In this document: piece after piece, positions 62,408 to 64,000 of the stretch
How the letters are laid out: each line of letters begins with the position of its first letter
How positions within the stretch are numbered: the stretch's first letter is position 1
Assembly (NCBI GenBank): GCA_964016885.1
Contig: OZ024756.1
Coordinates: 25,482,001-25,546,000, forward strand
Length of the DNA stretch: 64,000 nt
Source: Eledone cirrhosa
Lineage: Eukaryota
Direction: 5' to 3'
The notes under the pieces: model-generated
Databases searched by the model: none
Seen by the model: the letters and a program-made list of their open reading frames with translations, nothing else
What the model was told of the DNA's origin: nothing
Made by a program: the position numbers and the translations under genes

Positions 62408-64000
62408 AGATTTAAAGATATTTTACTCAACGCCTACGACAGTAAAGAAGAAAAGATAGAGACATTCAATGTAGAAGAGAACTGGGAGTTCCTAAAAAAT
62501 AACTTACTAGAGGCGACGGATGAGGTCTGTGGCTGGAGTAAGACCTCAAGCAGGAGGAGAGTGACTTGGTGGTGGAACAATAAGGTAGATGAGGCAGTTA
62601 AGGCCAAGAGACAGGCATGGAAAGAATGGAAGAACGGGGGGAGCAGGGTACATTACATAGAGACCAAGAGGGAAGCTAGGCGACAAGTATACTTAGCTAG
62701 GAGGGAAGCAGAGGATAGAAAATTCAAGCATGTTTTGCAACGTGAGGACCAGAAACAGGAGGTGTTCAAGATTGCGAGGCAGTGTGTCAGAGAGAATTGT
62801 GATGTCATTGGAGAGAAGTGTATCCGGAATGAGAAAGGTGAGCTTGCCCTCACAAGTGCTGAGAAGAAAGGTGCATGGAGGAGTCATTATGATAGATTAC
62901 TAAATGAGGAGAATGCATGGGAAGAAGAGACCCTACCCCAAGTAGACGCTATAGAGGGGCCAGCAGTACAAGTCAGCAGCAGCGTAGTAAGTAAGGCAAT
63001 CAAAGATATGAAGATGGGGAAGGCAACCGGTCCATCGGGTATAGCTGCCGAGATGCTGAAGGCATCTGGGTCTGTAGGTCACACTATAACCACACGTATT
63101 GTTAACCAGGTAATACTAGAAGGTGTCATACCAAAAGATTGGTGCAGTAGCATCATTGTCAACTGCTACAAAGGTAAAGGTGATGCACTAGATAGAGGTA
63201 TAAAGCTGATGGACCAGGTCATGAAAGTAACAGAAAGAGTTATAGCACAGTTGATTAGGGACCGGGTGAAACTAGACGAGATGCAATTTGGGTTTGTACC
63301 AGGAAGAGGCACCACTGATGCCCTCTTCCTTGTCAGGCAGTTACAGGAAAAGTACCTAGCTAAAAGTAAGCCACTCTACCTGGCATTAGTCGACCTTGAG
63401 AAAGCCTTTGACAGAGTTCCACGTGCTGTAATCTGGTGGGCTCTTAGAAAACTAGGAGTAGATGAATGGCTTGTGAAAGCGGTACAAACCATGTATAGGG
63501 GAGCAGTTAGGATTAGCAATGAGTATAGCGAGGAATTTAGCGTACAGGTTGGGGTCCACCAGGGCTCTGTTCATCATAGTCCTGCAGGCAATAACGGAGG
63601 AGTTTAAGACCAGATGACCATGGGAACTCCTGTATGCTGATGACCTCGCACTTATAGCTGAATCTATGGTAGAACTAGAGAAGAAATTCCAAACTTGGAA
63701 GCAGGGACTAGAAAGAAAGGGTCTCAAAGTCAACATGACAAAGACTAAGGTCCTTGTAAGTAGACGAGAAAACAGAACCCAGATCCCCTCAGGGAAATGG
63801 CCTTGCTCAGTATGTAGGTAGGAACTCCATTCTCTGCCCCAAATGCAAACAATGGGTACACAAGAGATGTAGCGGGATCTCAGGAAGCTTAATTAAGAAT
63901 GTAGGCTTCACATGCAGCAGCTGTGCTGGGACAGCAAACAGGAAACAAGTACCACCAATCTCTGAGAGGGCTCTGTAGAAACAGTAGACAGCTTCTGCTA
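62408..64000 (+). mobile_element. 5'-truncated RTE LINE in a BBS12 intron (antisense), relatively young
   Basis: 348-aa ORF with QFGFVPGRGTTDA and VDLEKAFDRVP; YADD at 63633; Cys-rich WPCSVC...CKQWVHKRCSG; runs off the window. Confidence 0.95.

Overview
AT-rich, microsatellite- and repeat-dense eukaryotic DNA. The (TA)n/(CA)n/(ATG)n runs, RTE LINEs and tRNA-derived SINEs look like an octopus/coleoid cephalopod genome; that assignment is inference. I reconstructed three spliced genes by hand, all with phase-consistent GT-AG introns: (1) BBX-like HMG-box transcription factor, + strand, 8 coding exons, 8347-31059, about 796 aa; (2) RRP1/Nop52-family ribosome biogenesis gene with RRP1B-like C-terminus, + strand, 12 exons, 45049-57717, about 918 aa; (3) the 3' part of a BBS12-like chaperonin, - strand, 6 exons, 58275-62030, continuing beyond the window. 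The rest is mariner, RTE, CR1, Helitron, hAT and piggyBac-like MITE remnants plus several SINE families. The most notable non-genic signals are a minimal type I hammerhead ribozyme motif inside a perfect 54-bp palindrome of a Penelope-like fragment, tandem arrays born repeatedly from LINE/SINE internal segments, a composite hAT transposon, two retroposon insertions with twin-priming-type inversions, and an unexplained structured CpG-rich island in an RRP1 intron. Homology calls come from remembered family motifs, not database searches.
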